Made by a program: the position numbers and the translations under genes. From the NCBI GenBank assembly GCA_039545335.1, contig BCIN01000004.1, forward strand, positions 672,925-736,924: a stretch of 64,000 nt of DNA, written 5' to 3'. Source of the DNA: Kondoa subrosea. Its lineage: Eukaryota. Under the pieces are notes generated by a model. It saw only the letters and a program-made list of their open reading frames with translations, did no database searches and was not told where the DNA came from. Numbering within the stretch: the stretch's first letter is position 1; each line of letters opens with the position of its first letter. Shown one piece after another: positions 13,008-24,536 of the stretch.

Positions 13008-13670
13008 TCAGTTGGATTGGCCCCTGTTCATTTTGGACCCTTTGCCTAATACGGCAGAATCGTTGTCTATAGCAAACAGTCAGTCAGAAGAAGAAACAGG
13101 CAAAATTAGACGTACTTGGTGTGTCAACTAGACGGAATCGCATCAGCTCATTGCAAGGCAGGCAGGAGATCATACTCACGTCCTTCGTCGTTCAGCTGGT
13201 TCCCTTGTGGATCTCCTTCTTTGACTCTATCCTGCACCTGTTCTCGCTTGGATTCAACATTCGCTGCCTTCTCCTTGAAGTGCTTCTGCGAATCCTGTTG
13301 CGATTCGTCAGTCCATAGTCCGCCATATAATGTAATAAAAGTAACAGACTGATCCAGGAGCTACATCAGGTTGCTGGCCTTGGCCTTTCTCTTGATGGAT
13401 GCCCTGTTCACATTGTTCAGCCGACATTCCAGCTTACACGCCAAAGAGATCTACCAGGGTCGCCTTATCTACTGATTTCTTGTCTGCAGGTTTGCTCTCA
13501 TCGCTTGCTTTGCTCGTATCACTAATATGGCGTAAAACAGACGCGCGAGCAAATGACCGCTTGGCGATGATCGGGCTTGAAATTAGGCGTGGAGCTCTGC
13601 AATCCTCTGAGCAATGGTGACATATGACCAATATCTACGCGTACCTATTAAGGAAAGTACGAGATAACAT
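13008..13670 (-). CDS. Small hydrophilic protein with mitochondrial presequence
   Basis: Spliced N-terminus MLSRTFLNRAPRLISSPIIAKRSFARASVLRHIS (Arg-rich, no acidic residues), then K/E/D/Q-rich body; ends GKGSKMNRGQSN*. Confidence 0.65.
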
Positions 13671-13800
13671 GATTTTGAGGAAAGGAAAGGGAAGAGAAAG
13701 AAAAGATGGGGTCGAGAACGTCATAATTGATTTGATTTGCTAAGCGATAATAACATAAAGTCACAGCATGAGAGAGGAACAAGAGGCCAGGAAGGAGATT

Positions 13801-15460
13801 CTAGGGTTTGTAACGCCGTCCTCGTCCAAATGCAGAGCGTACAATAGATTTCTCATCTGGTTTGACATCATCTTCTTGCTGATCGACCGCAGCTGAAATA
13901 TTTGAATATCGCAAAGTAGGATTCACAGAAGACTATGTCTCGCTTGTAGATGCTGAAGGATCATAAATCATGGGAGGAAGCCCATTGGCAGATATCTGAC
14001 GATTTGGACTTGATGAAACTTCTTCAACTTGTGCTTGCTTTCTTTCAACAGATCGCCTGGGATGCCGCTCTACTTCTCCATTATCAGGATCACTAGCTGG
14101 ACAAGATGTCCTGATCTGCCTCGGCTTGATATCTTCTTCTGACTTCCAATTATCCGGAATAGTCGGTTTCGTATCCTCCGCTTTCACTTTCACATCATCT
14201 TCCACTTTCACTCTGACGTCAGATTTCGTATCTGGATCCTCTTTCTTTGGTTTCAGATCGCTCTTGGTGTCTGCCTCTCCCTCCTGAGTTTTAGGTTTGA
14301 CTTGTCTTGCTGTAATAGACCTGTCTCGATTCTGCGCACGAAGGGAACGAGGTGAAGTAGAAGCAGAAGGAGTAAAGATCAGGTAGCGTCTGTCAGTTTT
14401 CAACTGGACTGGACTGTGAGCGTTGAGATGAACGAGTCGAAGGCAGATTAGAAGGTACACGACATGCACGAGGAGGTAGATCTTGCTCTGAAAAGTTGGC
14501 ATCCGGTGGAGAACCTGCTTGAGGGGTATGCGAGATTTTGCGTTTCTTTGCCGCATTTGATTTGTATGCTGGAATTGGTTTAATGCCTAGCTTTTCCAGT
14601 AATTCTATAGGAAAACATAAGCATACGAACGGCATCAATCATGATAGTCATGCTAGCGTACCAGCACTCTTGTAGTAGAAACGTAATTCTAGCCAAGCTT
14701 CGTCCTCGATATTGCTGACTACTGCAACATCGTCTGAATACTCAGTCTCCTTATAGCCGTTATCTAAAGCTTCGCCTTCCAAGGATGGACCGAGGCTATC
14801 TAATAATCAGTATGCGCCCTGAGAACGCAATAAGACATACTCTATATACTCAGACAACCTTTGGTAAACACTCTGACGCTTGATGATCTTCTCTTCTTCC
14901 TCATCGTTGAGCATCACAACTTCTTCTGGCCTATCTTGCCTTTGTTGTGTGATTTTACAACGATGAAAAGCAAGTCGAGCACAAGATAAGTCATCGAAAG
15001 AAGCGCCCTTGGACAAGCAAGTCTCATCTATCTGTCCACAAGATTTTTTACGGCTGCTCCAACGAAAGAGAGATAGTTTCTCTTCACCAGAAGTGAAGAT
15101 ACCTGGCATTCGGAATGGGTTGAAACCTTTTGCAGCGGAATCGTGATTCAGATCAATCTCCTGGATTGCCGTTTCCTCTCCATCCCAAATAGAGATATAT
15201 GTATTGATCGGATTGCAAGTTCCAGACGTTCATATCCACCTTCGAAGTATCCCATGATGCAGCAGGAAACGTAGGTACAATCCAGGCGTAGAAACAAGAT
15301 AACAGGAGAGAATAGTCTTGTCGCCTTCAGTACGCTCTTGTACATCGAATAGCTCTGCACGCTGTCTTTTGCCTTTCTTTCCATCCGATCCATGGACCGA
15401 AGTCTGAATGTAAACAGAAATACCGCTTGCCTCATGTGACAGGCGGTTACTCTGCTGCAT
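13801..15460 (-). CDS. DUF7918-like fungal protein with charged disordered C-terminus
   Basis: GISVYI...SCYLVSTPG at N-terminus and LRFYYKSAELLEKLGI, matching the recalled DUF7918 pattern; D(V/I)KP-type repeats; last exon needs a GC-AG intron (otherwise stop at 13933). Confidence 0.6.
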
Positions 15461-15896
15461 TGGTACGCCTAGTCTAGGGTATATCAGTTTCTGACATTGC
15501 TCGCCGTCACGGAACAACTGCACAACTGCTGGTTTTTGGCTGGGTTGCTTCGAACGGCCTAGACTATTTCTTGTTCGCTTGTCGTAGCGAATACTGCCCT
15601 GGAATGTGCTGCATCGGATCCTGCTCTGCTCTCGTGTCTGAAGCCCTCTTGCCGTTTCATTTGCCTTGAAGTTCCGGGAACTTCATCTAACGCGTTGTGC
15701 TATCTAGACTTCTGCTTGTTACCGCATCTTGTTGCTGTGGAAGTCTGTCTCTTTGGAGACAGCAGCTTTGCTAGGTTGTCCGCGGGCCAGAGGAGCCATT
15801 CGGATCAAAGGAAATACCTCTCGAAGACTTCGTCTACCAACACCCGAATTCAACTGCGATGCTTGCCTCTTCCTCTCTTACTGTACTCGAGCAATT

Positions 15897-17356
15897 ATGG
15901 AGAATCGCAAACGCTCCAACAGTGATCAAGCACTTCTTCCAAGATGGGCTCAGTCTTCTCGTCCTACTTCTCTCGCTCGCTTGCTTCTACTTGGAGCTGG
16001 TGTCAACATTCTCGCTCTTGGATATCTCGCTCTGTCTCATAGTGGTCATCTGCTGTTTCAAAGGGACGCTTTCGCTCTGCAACCGCTCTCAAGGCATGAA
16101 CCTCTTGACATTCAGCTCCTATCTCTCTCGCGCGATGCACCTTCTTTGGAATTACGTTTACAAGCAGGATTTCAGCTGATTAGCTATCGAGCGCAGCAAA
16201 ATCGTTTATCTTCCAACTGGACAAAGAATATCTACACCAACGCCTTAGCTGGATGGCAGCTCAACGAAGGATACCATTCATCTTGGGTTGAGAAGAATTC
16301 AGAATGGAAAGCTACCGTTGTGACGGATGATGTAGCTGAAGAGCTTCTTCAACAACATTTCACTCACATGCCAGATATATTGGACTTTTATCGCAATGCA
16401 CCTGCTTTTGTCATCAACGGCGATCTCCTGAGGTACCTTTTTGTGTATATTAATGGTTCGTCGTTTGCTCTTCCCTTAAGTGTTTCGATCTGAGTATGGA
16501 TTTCTAGGCGGAGCTTGTAAGTCATTCTTTATCCTCAGCACAACGAGGGACTGAATTCAGCGAAGATGTGGATGGCGATACTGAATGTCTCGTTCCGCTG
16601 GAGAATTGGATCACTCCAGAGCAATGGAATAATCCTTCCATCAGCCTTGTGACTGGTATAGAGATTGATGAAGAGCATAACCAACCTCTCTGGGATGCTT
16701 GGCAGTGGAGTGAGCTCACAACAGTCAAAGAAAGAAAGCTAGTGTTCTGATGAATGTGCATTTAGCTATACCTTATGGGTTCTCAAAGTGAGGGATTCCC
16801 CTGCTATCATCTCGTCATATACTGATGTTTGAAGTAAAGCTATGCATTCATCTCAAAACCTCGTTCAGCTTGGGCAGAAGCTATCATCACCCGAATCATA
16901 CAGAATGCGTACCTTCTAACCAGCTCCCACGGCGTCTCGTTCTCTCAATTGGACAAAACCAGCGATATGATCTATTCCATTGGAGGACCAGCAGTCAGTA
17001 CGGATGTCAGTATGCAACTCTTTACCCTCGAACAAGGATATCTGGAAATCAGAAAGAGATGGAAGAAGGTCTTTGCTCACGCGAAACAACCTGTAGAACA
17101 TGGCTATATGATAGCTTTGCCTGTTAATGCGGTGAGCACCTTCCCCTCTCCATGTCGAAAAGATCTGATTATTGGGTCCACTGTAGCTTGCTGCTGGACA
17201 ATCTCACTCGGGCAGTTCTACAGAATTAAGGGAGCATCCAGACGAAACAGTCTTTCTTAAACATCATTACGAAGTTAGTCCATTCTCCTCTGGTAACGTT
17301 AAACAAGCTGAAGATGATGCTTTGCGTAGGGTTCTTGGAGATCATTTGAGCATTAG
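15897..17356 (+). CDS. Glycosyltransferase family 32 (Och1-like mannosyltransferase), type II membrane protein
   Basis: N-terminal TM LLLLGAGVNILALGYLAL, GDLLRYLFVYINGGAYVDGDTECLVP (DxD), VTGIEID, GGPA, KHHYEGSW. Confidence 0.88.
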
Positions 17357-17654
17357 CAAAGGGCTTTTGCCCTCCGTAGACAAGGCAATCAGCCATCAGC
17401 ATAATTTGTAGGATACCCATCAATCGCACCCAAGCTTGTGCCCAATATCATTGTATATTCATGCATCATTGCTATCTAAATTAAGAAATTGACATGGGAC
17501 AGAGCCGTGTGCAAGTCAAGAAGGCGGGGCAGGATTGTTTAGTATACGTGGTAATTGGTTCGGACAATGTGACCGTCAATGTCAGCATGAAGTGGTATTG
17601 CATGTGATGAGTTTAAAAGGAATTGAGGTAATACCATGATAAAGGTATACTATT

Positions 17655-18686
17655 CTAGTGACGGATGATCTAAAGATCGATACATTCAGACAGTGCATCC
17701 AGAAACCAAGATAACTTACCTGTCGAAGATGTTTGGCGTAAAAGAGGTCCGCAGCAAGGAATTCCTGTAATACCTAATGAGCCCTGACACATGCCAATAC
17801 AGATTCGAAATACCTGAACAAGATCCTGATGCTCTTGAGCTGTCTCGGTAGCGGTTTTGATGGCCTTCTTGCCCAATCGAGGAAGTTCTTTCTGCTGGCC
17901 TTTGACTGTTCAAAGGCATGAGGAAGAACCATCGATACGTCAGAAGTATCATACCAATCTCTTTGCACTCTTGCTCGAAATCATCTTCATCTGGATTGTA
18001 CTTCTCGAATTGTTTCTGCAAACAAGAAGTGATAGAACTGGTGACCATCTAGAAAAGATCTGAATTACATCAGTGCCCTACGTTGGCAAGTCAGCGAACC
18101 ATCTGTGCGTTCAAGATCATAGCAGGATCAAAATCGCCGTCCTTGGCAGCATGCGTCTTCAGCACCGTAGCAAAGGCCTCGTGCGACAATTCCCTGTGGC
18201 TTTAGTATTAGCTTATGATGTTTGTCCTTGAAGCGCAGAGAGAAGCACATCTTCTGTTGAAACATGTCGATAGTTGATTTATACTGAAGATCAGCTTCTG
18301 ACAAGACATTGCGAGCTTCCGTTTCAAACGCCTTTGTAGAAGCTGGCATTCCTGCATAAGACCAGAGCCTAAGTGCTTTTCCAGCTCACCATTAGACTTG
18401 TTGCTCGATTGCGCTATGAAGGAATTGATCAAAGTAGAAATATCCTCAGAAGGGCTTCAAGCAATCGAGAGTAAACATGGCATAAGAATGAAAGTACAGG
18501 AAACGGACGATTTGCTTCGAGAACGTGAAGTAGAAGCACTCTCGTCAAAGGAATCGTCATCGTCGTCGCCAAAGCTGAGCTCAATAGACGATTGAGGTTT
18601 AAGTTACGTAAGGACTGAAACTGGAGTACGCACGCAACCTTGCGACCTTTTGGGCTCTTGCTTCTGCTGCCACGCCTGCGACTCAT
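17655..18686 (-). CDS. Hypothetical ~205 aa coiled-coil protein (possible SYCP3/Cor1-like)
   Basis: Nine exons joined by GT-AG introns give MSRRRGSRSKSPKGRKVAFGDDDDDS...EDISTLINSF...KHLRQIIRH*. Confidence 0.6.
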
Positions 18687-19117
18687 TACTGCTAGGGTAT
18701 CCCTGGCCGAACAGCTCAGACAACCTTGGATGACGGTCAAGAGCAACTTCGATAATTCGTTTGTTTTCTCGTCGCCATCAAGGTACCTAAGCCTGTCTCG
18801 CCCGTTCGCTGCATCTCTGTCAGTCTTGTGGACTCAATGGGAGGACCTTGCCTGACGTCCTTTGCCATTCAAAGCATGCTGCGGTCGTGACTTCGAGGAT
18901 TGTTGTTGTTCTGCTCTATTATTTGCCATGCACTTGCTTCCTCAGCAACACTATCAGCATGGATGAATGTGTCTCCTTGGCTCAAAGTTGTGTATTGCTG
19001 CTATACAAAGGAGTCTCGGGCAGAATATGCCTTCTACGCAGCAATATGACTGTAAAAGTAATTCTCATTCGCTGTCAATATTCTCAGCTTCTTAGAGCTG
19101 TCGTCTAACGTTAAGGG

Positions 19118-20267
19118 ATGGTCCAATCTACTAAGTAAGCAGAAACGTGATCAAACCTGCAAGGCGCTATTGACATTGAGCTCCATTGACAGGAAGGCAG
19201 GCGTACGAAGTCTGCCTCTCGAGATTGTTGAGAAGATTATCAAATTCGCGCTCCCATCTTTGCCTCGACTCACTTTCGCAAACAACTACATGCACAAGAG
19301 CAACTTCAATCGCGAACGCCTGAGAACACTTAGAGAATTGGCTCATGTCTGTCGTCTCTGGTATCTTCTATCTCAACCTCTTCTCTTGAGCGTTGTCATT
19401 CTTCAGACCAATATAAGGGCGACTCAATTTAGCGCAATAGCAAATCAAGCGTCTGTCCCTTGCAAAAGTAGATATGTGATGACCACTCTAGCCGAGACTT
19501 CCTTCCTCGCTTCTCTTCCCGAAATATGCTACCTCTTGATTAATCTTCCAAAATTGGCCCCTTTTGTCGATGAAGGATTGCAAACAGTCAAATTGGCTCA
19601 TCTAACAACTCTAGCTCTACGTAATGTCGACTTCTATAGCCTACAAGTTTTACTTCTCTGCGCGCCTAATCTCAAAACTCTTGGTGTATGTCTTATGAAG
19701 CTATCAAAGAATAGTACTGTTTTAGCTCGCGGACAAGTGGAAGATGTCAAGCTGCGCTTCGATTGTCCAATGACTGAACCCGAACTTTGTTGGTTAATTC
19801 ACTATTTTGGAAACTCAGTCAAAAACCTGGATCTGATCTCTTGCAAGAATGATAATCCAGATCTTTCTTCTGTACTCATTTCAGCCTTGGCTCCCACTTT
19901 GATCAAGCTTCGAATCTCTGACTATCACGATATGACTACTGTAGATATCTTTTCTAATTGCGAGAAACTGCAACATCTGGAAGTTGAAGATAGCTCGATA
20001 TCAGATTTTGGCAGATTACCCAATAGTTTACGTTACTTCAGCTACGAAGCGTATCGGAAGGTGGATCAAGAAGTGATTGTGCAATTTTTGGAGAGTAAGG
20101 TATGGCTTCCTCGACTGAACAAATTACCGGCCATCAAGCTTCCGGATCAGCAGAAAATTGATCAACAGCTCAACAGAAGAGTGGAGGAAGCCTGTAAAAG
20201 ACGAGGTCTAGGTATGGAACAGGGAGACAAGCTGTTCCAAGAACAGCCGAAGAGGGTTCGTACATGA
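19118..20267 (+). CDS. F-box/LRR-like protein (paralogue of 23077-24351)
   Basis: SLPLEIVEKII...LAHVCRLW F-box pattern, LxxLxL repeats; ATG at 19118 joined via one gtaagc..cag intron. Confidence 0.8.
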
Positions 20268-20373
20268 AATAGACATTCCACTATTTACAGTATATAGAGA
20301 TGTACAAATTGCAACAATGCCGTACAAATGTTGTACAATCATTCCCCTACAGGAACCCATGGTCAGAATGAGC

Positions 20374-22861
20374 TCAACTTTTGACCGAAGAACGAGGCAT
20401 CATGTAAAGCAAGCACTTGTGATCTCTCGGAACAGCGACGAAATGATCTTCCATATCTTCCATTCTTTGGCCTGGTACCATGGTGAAGCTGAAGAGAATA
20501 AATTAGCAGAGTCCGTCGAAGTAATGTGGGCTTTCTGACTTACTCGTATTTGTGCATAATGGCAAGGATCATAAGACGCATATTTGCCCAAGCCAAGTTT
20601 AAGCCAGCACAGACTCGGGGTCCTGTTCGTCTTCTTGTTAGAACGAATAGGATCGAATCGGATGCACAAACGTACCAGTACCAAATACAATCAATTGACT
20701 CAGCATGCGTTTCTTCTTCTCGACGTCCGAGGTGAGCCAGCGAGAGGGATTGAATGTGTCGGGGTCCTCGTAGATCGAACCGTCTCGGTGAGTTGTATAC
20801 GCTTCTGCTTACAAAAAATGGTCAGATCACAGATGCGATGTCATCGTCAGACTGACGAGCGGCAACAATAGTTCCGGGCGGAAGGAAATAACCATTGACT
20901 TCAAGACCATTCTGATCAACTTTGCGTTCTGCGCACATATTCAAGGTCGGTTTGTTTCTGTGGGGCAGAACAAAGAGAGCATACCAAGATGGGACATCGC
21001 TGGACCGTTGAGGCGAAGACCTATGCACGCAATCAAATTGACGTTGCGCATGGTCATTTGTTGCCTTACTCTCATGAATGCAGGCGTTGATCTGTGTTGA
21101 AGTCACTGAGCTTTAGATAACGTAATGATTCGAGAGGAACATACGAATGGCAGTTTAGCTCTATCAAATAGATATCTTAGTCATCGAACTTAGGGGTAGA
21201 GCAATTCTTACAAGGCCGAAAAGGATGGCATACTGCCACTTGTTGACTCAAAGGTCTGATCAGCTTCCTTCTGTAGTGCTTCGTAGTCCTTTTTACTGCG
21301 AGTAAGATGCCATAAAGTATAAGCGATTGCAACAGAGGTGGTATCCTAAAGACGCTCATCAGAGAAAGATCAAATGTAGTACCAATCAATCCTCACCGTG
21401 CCAGCAAAGATATGACCGCTGAAGGTAGGTTTAGCCTGACCCAAGATTGCGCACTCTTGACTTACAAGATTTCACAGCCGGCTTGTAGGTAGGGCATTGG
21501 CTTGCCTGTGTTTCCCAATTTAGTTGCAAGCAAACGCACAGCCAAAGTAGAGCCGTCTTCTAGAGCCCTATCTGGATTGGCTTCCACTTGCGCTCGAATA
21601 GGGTCCAATACTTTCAGACAATACTATCAAACATCTCAGATCAAGTCTCTTGCGGTGTTGCGAATTGAGGCTTTACGAACCGCAATGAATTCTCGTTCCA
21701 CATTGAAGATGTTTTGGATCTTAGCAATTGGTAAATTGTAGAGAATACGGCGAGCGAATTGTTTGCCGACTGTTCCTTTCTGTTTTTACCAGAATGAATG
21801 TAAGTCAAGATTTGTATAATATAGAAAGGAATGAATTACTGACGATAGCGAAGACTAGACCAAACCGATCCACCCAGTCAACGTAGCGACTATAGCCTGT
21901 TTGAGTTGATTTCCATTCTTCTCCGAAGCCCATTAAACCAATAGCATCGCAAGCGACCAATCTAAACACAACAAATTAGCTCAGTTTCGCTTGTCAAATG
22001 GAAGAGAACGCCGCACCTCGTGAGGTAGAGAATATCAATGGCTGTCTTCCCGTCATTGCCAGTCTTTGAAGGCAAGATGGTCAGCACGTCTGTCAAGAAG
22101 GGCAACAGAGATGCGACTTACATTAGCGATTCTGTCCAACATGAGCTGCACATTTTCCGCGAGTTGTGGTTCGAAAGCGTGTACGTTCTAAGCAGAGTTA
22201 TTAGACACACAGTTAGTAGTCTTTCATGTCTCACATACTTGATGAGAATACGTTGGAGCTATGATCTGACGGATCGGCTTATGATCTGCAGCTTCGCTTT
22301 GAAAGCAAGGCGAGGTTCAGTAAGCTGCGAATCGAGGTAGGAGCCTTAGATAGTCGACCTACAGGGAAGCCATGCTATGAGGATAGCCTTCAAGGATCTC
22401 TGTTCCCAGGTAGAATTCCCCTTTAGGCAGTTTAGTATAGACAGCATTCATGCTGGCATATGAACATCGTTGTCAGCTTATCAATCACCACCTTCTCGAC
22501 TCAACTCACACATCGAAATTATGGAAAGAAACCAAGTTGGGCGCAACTCGGACAACATTTCCATATTTCTACTTCAAAGCATCAGCCCAGAGACGAGGAT
22601 CGGTCGCAGAGAGGAACCTACCAAGTGTAGATCGTGAACCCTTTGCATTCGATATCCGGTAATACCTTGCTTAAACAACCACGCATTGCTGACAGCACAA
22701 TGCTTAGGTCCAGGAATTCCAGCCAAAGGAGAAAGATAGAGACGATATACAACTATGGAAACTTGGTAAATCAAGAAAGTCGCCAACACAATACCCGCGA
22801 ATTGGCCAAAGCTGTTCGGAAGCAAGTCTTTCGGGCTCTTCAGTTCGAACAAGACAGTCAT
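20374..22861 (-). CDS. Cytochrome P450, many introns
   Basis: N-terminal TM and YRLYLSPLAGIPGP; I-helix IFAGTDTTS; ESLR (ExxR); FNPSRW; heme motif FGTGPRVCAG. Confidence 0.93.
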
Positions 22862-23076
22862 TTCGCAGATCCTGGACAAGAGGAGCCCCAAGGAGATCGA
22901 CTGATTGAGTAAGCGGTTGTACTACTTAAACAAATCACACGCGTTTGAAAGCGGGTCTCGAAATAAGTGGACAAAAGTGTAGCAAGTGACCCATATAAGG
23001 AGAGATGGGATCGATGGAAGAAGCACGTCAAGCTTGAAAAGATTGATCAAGCGATACCGTAGCAGACAAAGGGACC

Positions 23077-24351
23077 ATGTTGAGATTTTCATTTGCATTC
23101 CCTCTCTTGCTTCAAGCCCGCTTTCTGCTGTTCATCTTTCTGCTTCCCTGGCTGATCCTTGCTATTCGCTCTGCCAAAAGAAATGATGTCCAGGTAAGTC
23201 ATTCTAATTCCAATGATGGGAGACATTGGATTGAAACTGATCCCAATGTCAGAACCTCTGTCTTCGATTGGCTGCCAAATGAGCTGATCATGATGATCTT
23301 TCGACTTGCTGTTCCTGCTTTACCGGCGCTGGACCATGCAGCGCCATTCAGCAACATGCAAAGTCTTGCTTCTTCGCGTTTAGCCGTCCTATATGCTCTC
23401 TGTCTGGTCTGTAAACGCTGGTCAAGCTTATCGCAACCATTACTCCTCAATTTCCCCGTGATCAGAAATTCATCATCCGATCTTCACTTCCTCGCCTCAT
23501 CAGAGTTATCCGTAATGATTAAAGAAGCACGGTTCCTGATGACGACAGAGGCCTCTTCTACTCTAGCCACCCTGCCTTGTCTTCGCTATCTAGTCGTCGA
23601 CCGAATGAAATCAGAGCAACCTTTTACGCAATCAAGTTTGCCTACCAGCTTGCATAGCCTCGACAATCTGGTCACCATAGGTATACGAAACGTGCAATTT
23701 AACACCATGCAAACCCTACTGCTTGGCGCTCCAAATCTAAAGAGTCTGAATCTATCCGGCATCACTTCATCTGAATCTAACGATATACTTCATTTCCGTT
23801 CATCGCCTGCTCAAATAGAGAAGCTTAGAGTCAGATTGGATTGTGACCTCAGTAAGCCAGAAATCATATGGCTTGTCACGTACTTCTCTGCTGGTGAATC
23901 AATCACTACTGTCGATCTGACCGGAACTAGAAGCACTACTTCCTTCTTGCCTAGATATCTCTTATCTGCTCTAACCACAACTGTAGAACGACTTCGATTG
24001 AGTGATCTTCCAGATTTTGGAGTCTCTGACATCTTGTCTACTTGTGATCGACTTAAATACCTCGAAATGGACAAGAATGATGATCTTTCTTTCCTTCCAA
24101 ATTCGCTACAACACTTCGTTCTTCAAACTTTTCAAAGCGTTGACTTGAATGAAGTACTTCGGCTGCTACAAGATAAGACTTGGTTGCCTGATCTCAAATA
24201 CAAACCTCTTTTCAGCCTTCTTGCGGAAGACCAAATAGTCGAAGAAGATTGGATCAAGAAAGCGACAAAGGCTTGTGAAGAGAGGGGACTGATTCATGGA
24301 TCAGAACAAGAGTTGATAAGCACAAGTTGGACGACATCATCTTTCAACTGA
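23077..24351 (+). CDS. F-box/LRR-like protein with hydrophobic N-terminal segment, single exon
   Basis: WLPNELIMMIF...LCLVCKRW; collinear with the 19118 gene (SQPLLL, MTT, APNLK, WLP, AC..RGL). Confidence 0.8.
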   Translation: MLRFSFAFPLLLQARFLLFIFLLPWLILAIRSAKRNDVQVSHSNSNDGRHWIETDPNVRTSVFDWLPNELIMMIFRLAVPALPALDHAAPFSNMQSLASSRLAVLYALCLVCKRWSSLSQPLLLNFPVIRNSSSDLHFLASSELSVMIKEARFLMTTEASSTLATLPCLRYLVVDRMKSEQPFTQSSLPTSLHSLDNLVTIGIRNVQFNTMQTLLLGAPNLKSLNLSGITSSESNDILHFRSSPAQIEKLRVRLDCDLSKPEIIWLVTYFSAGESITTVDLTGTRSTTSFLPRYLLSALTTTVERLRLSDLPDFGVSDILSTCDRLKYLEMDKNDDLSFLPNSLQHFVLQTFQSVDLNEVLRLLQDKTWLPDLKYKPLFSLLAEDQIVEEDWIKKATKACEERGLIHGSEQELISTSWTTSSFN

Positions 24352-24536
24352 GGCATTACAATTACTGACCGATTCTCTGCTGCTTGATTGATCGACATTC
24401 TGACGCGCTAGATGGAGACCACAACTGTATAGCTCTGTATCGTCTCTTACGTAAGCAACTTCACATGGAATTGCATGACACGCGAATTCCTTTTGCCTTT
24501 CTTTCAGACCGTGACTGGTATACCACATTGTTAGCG

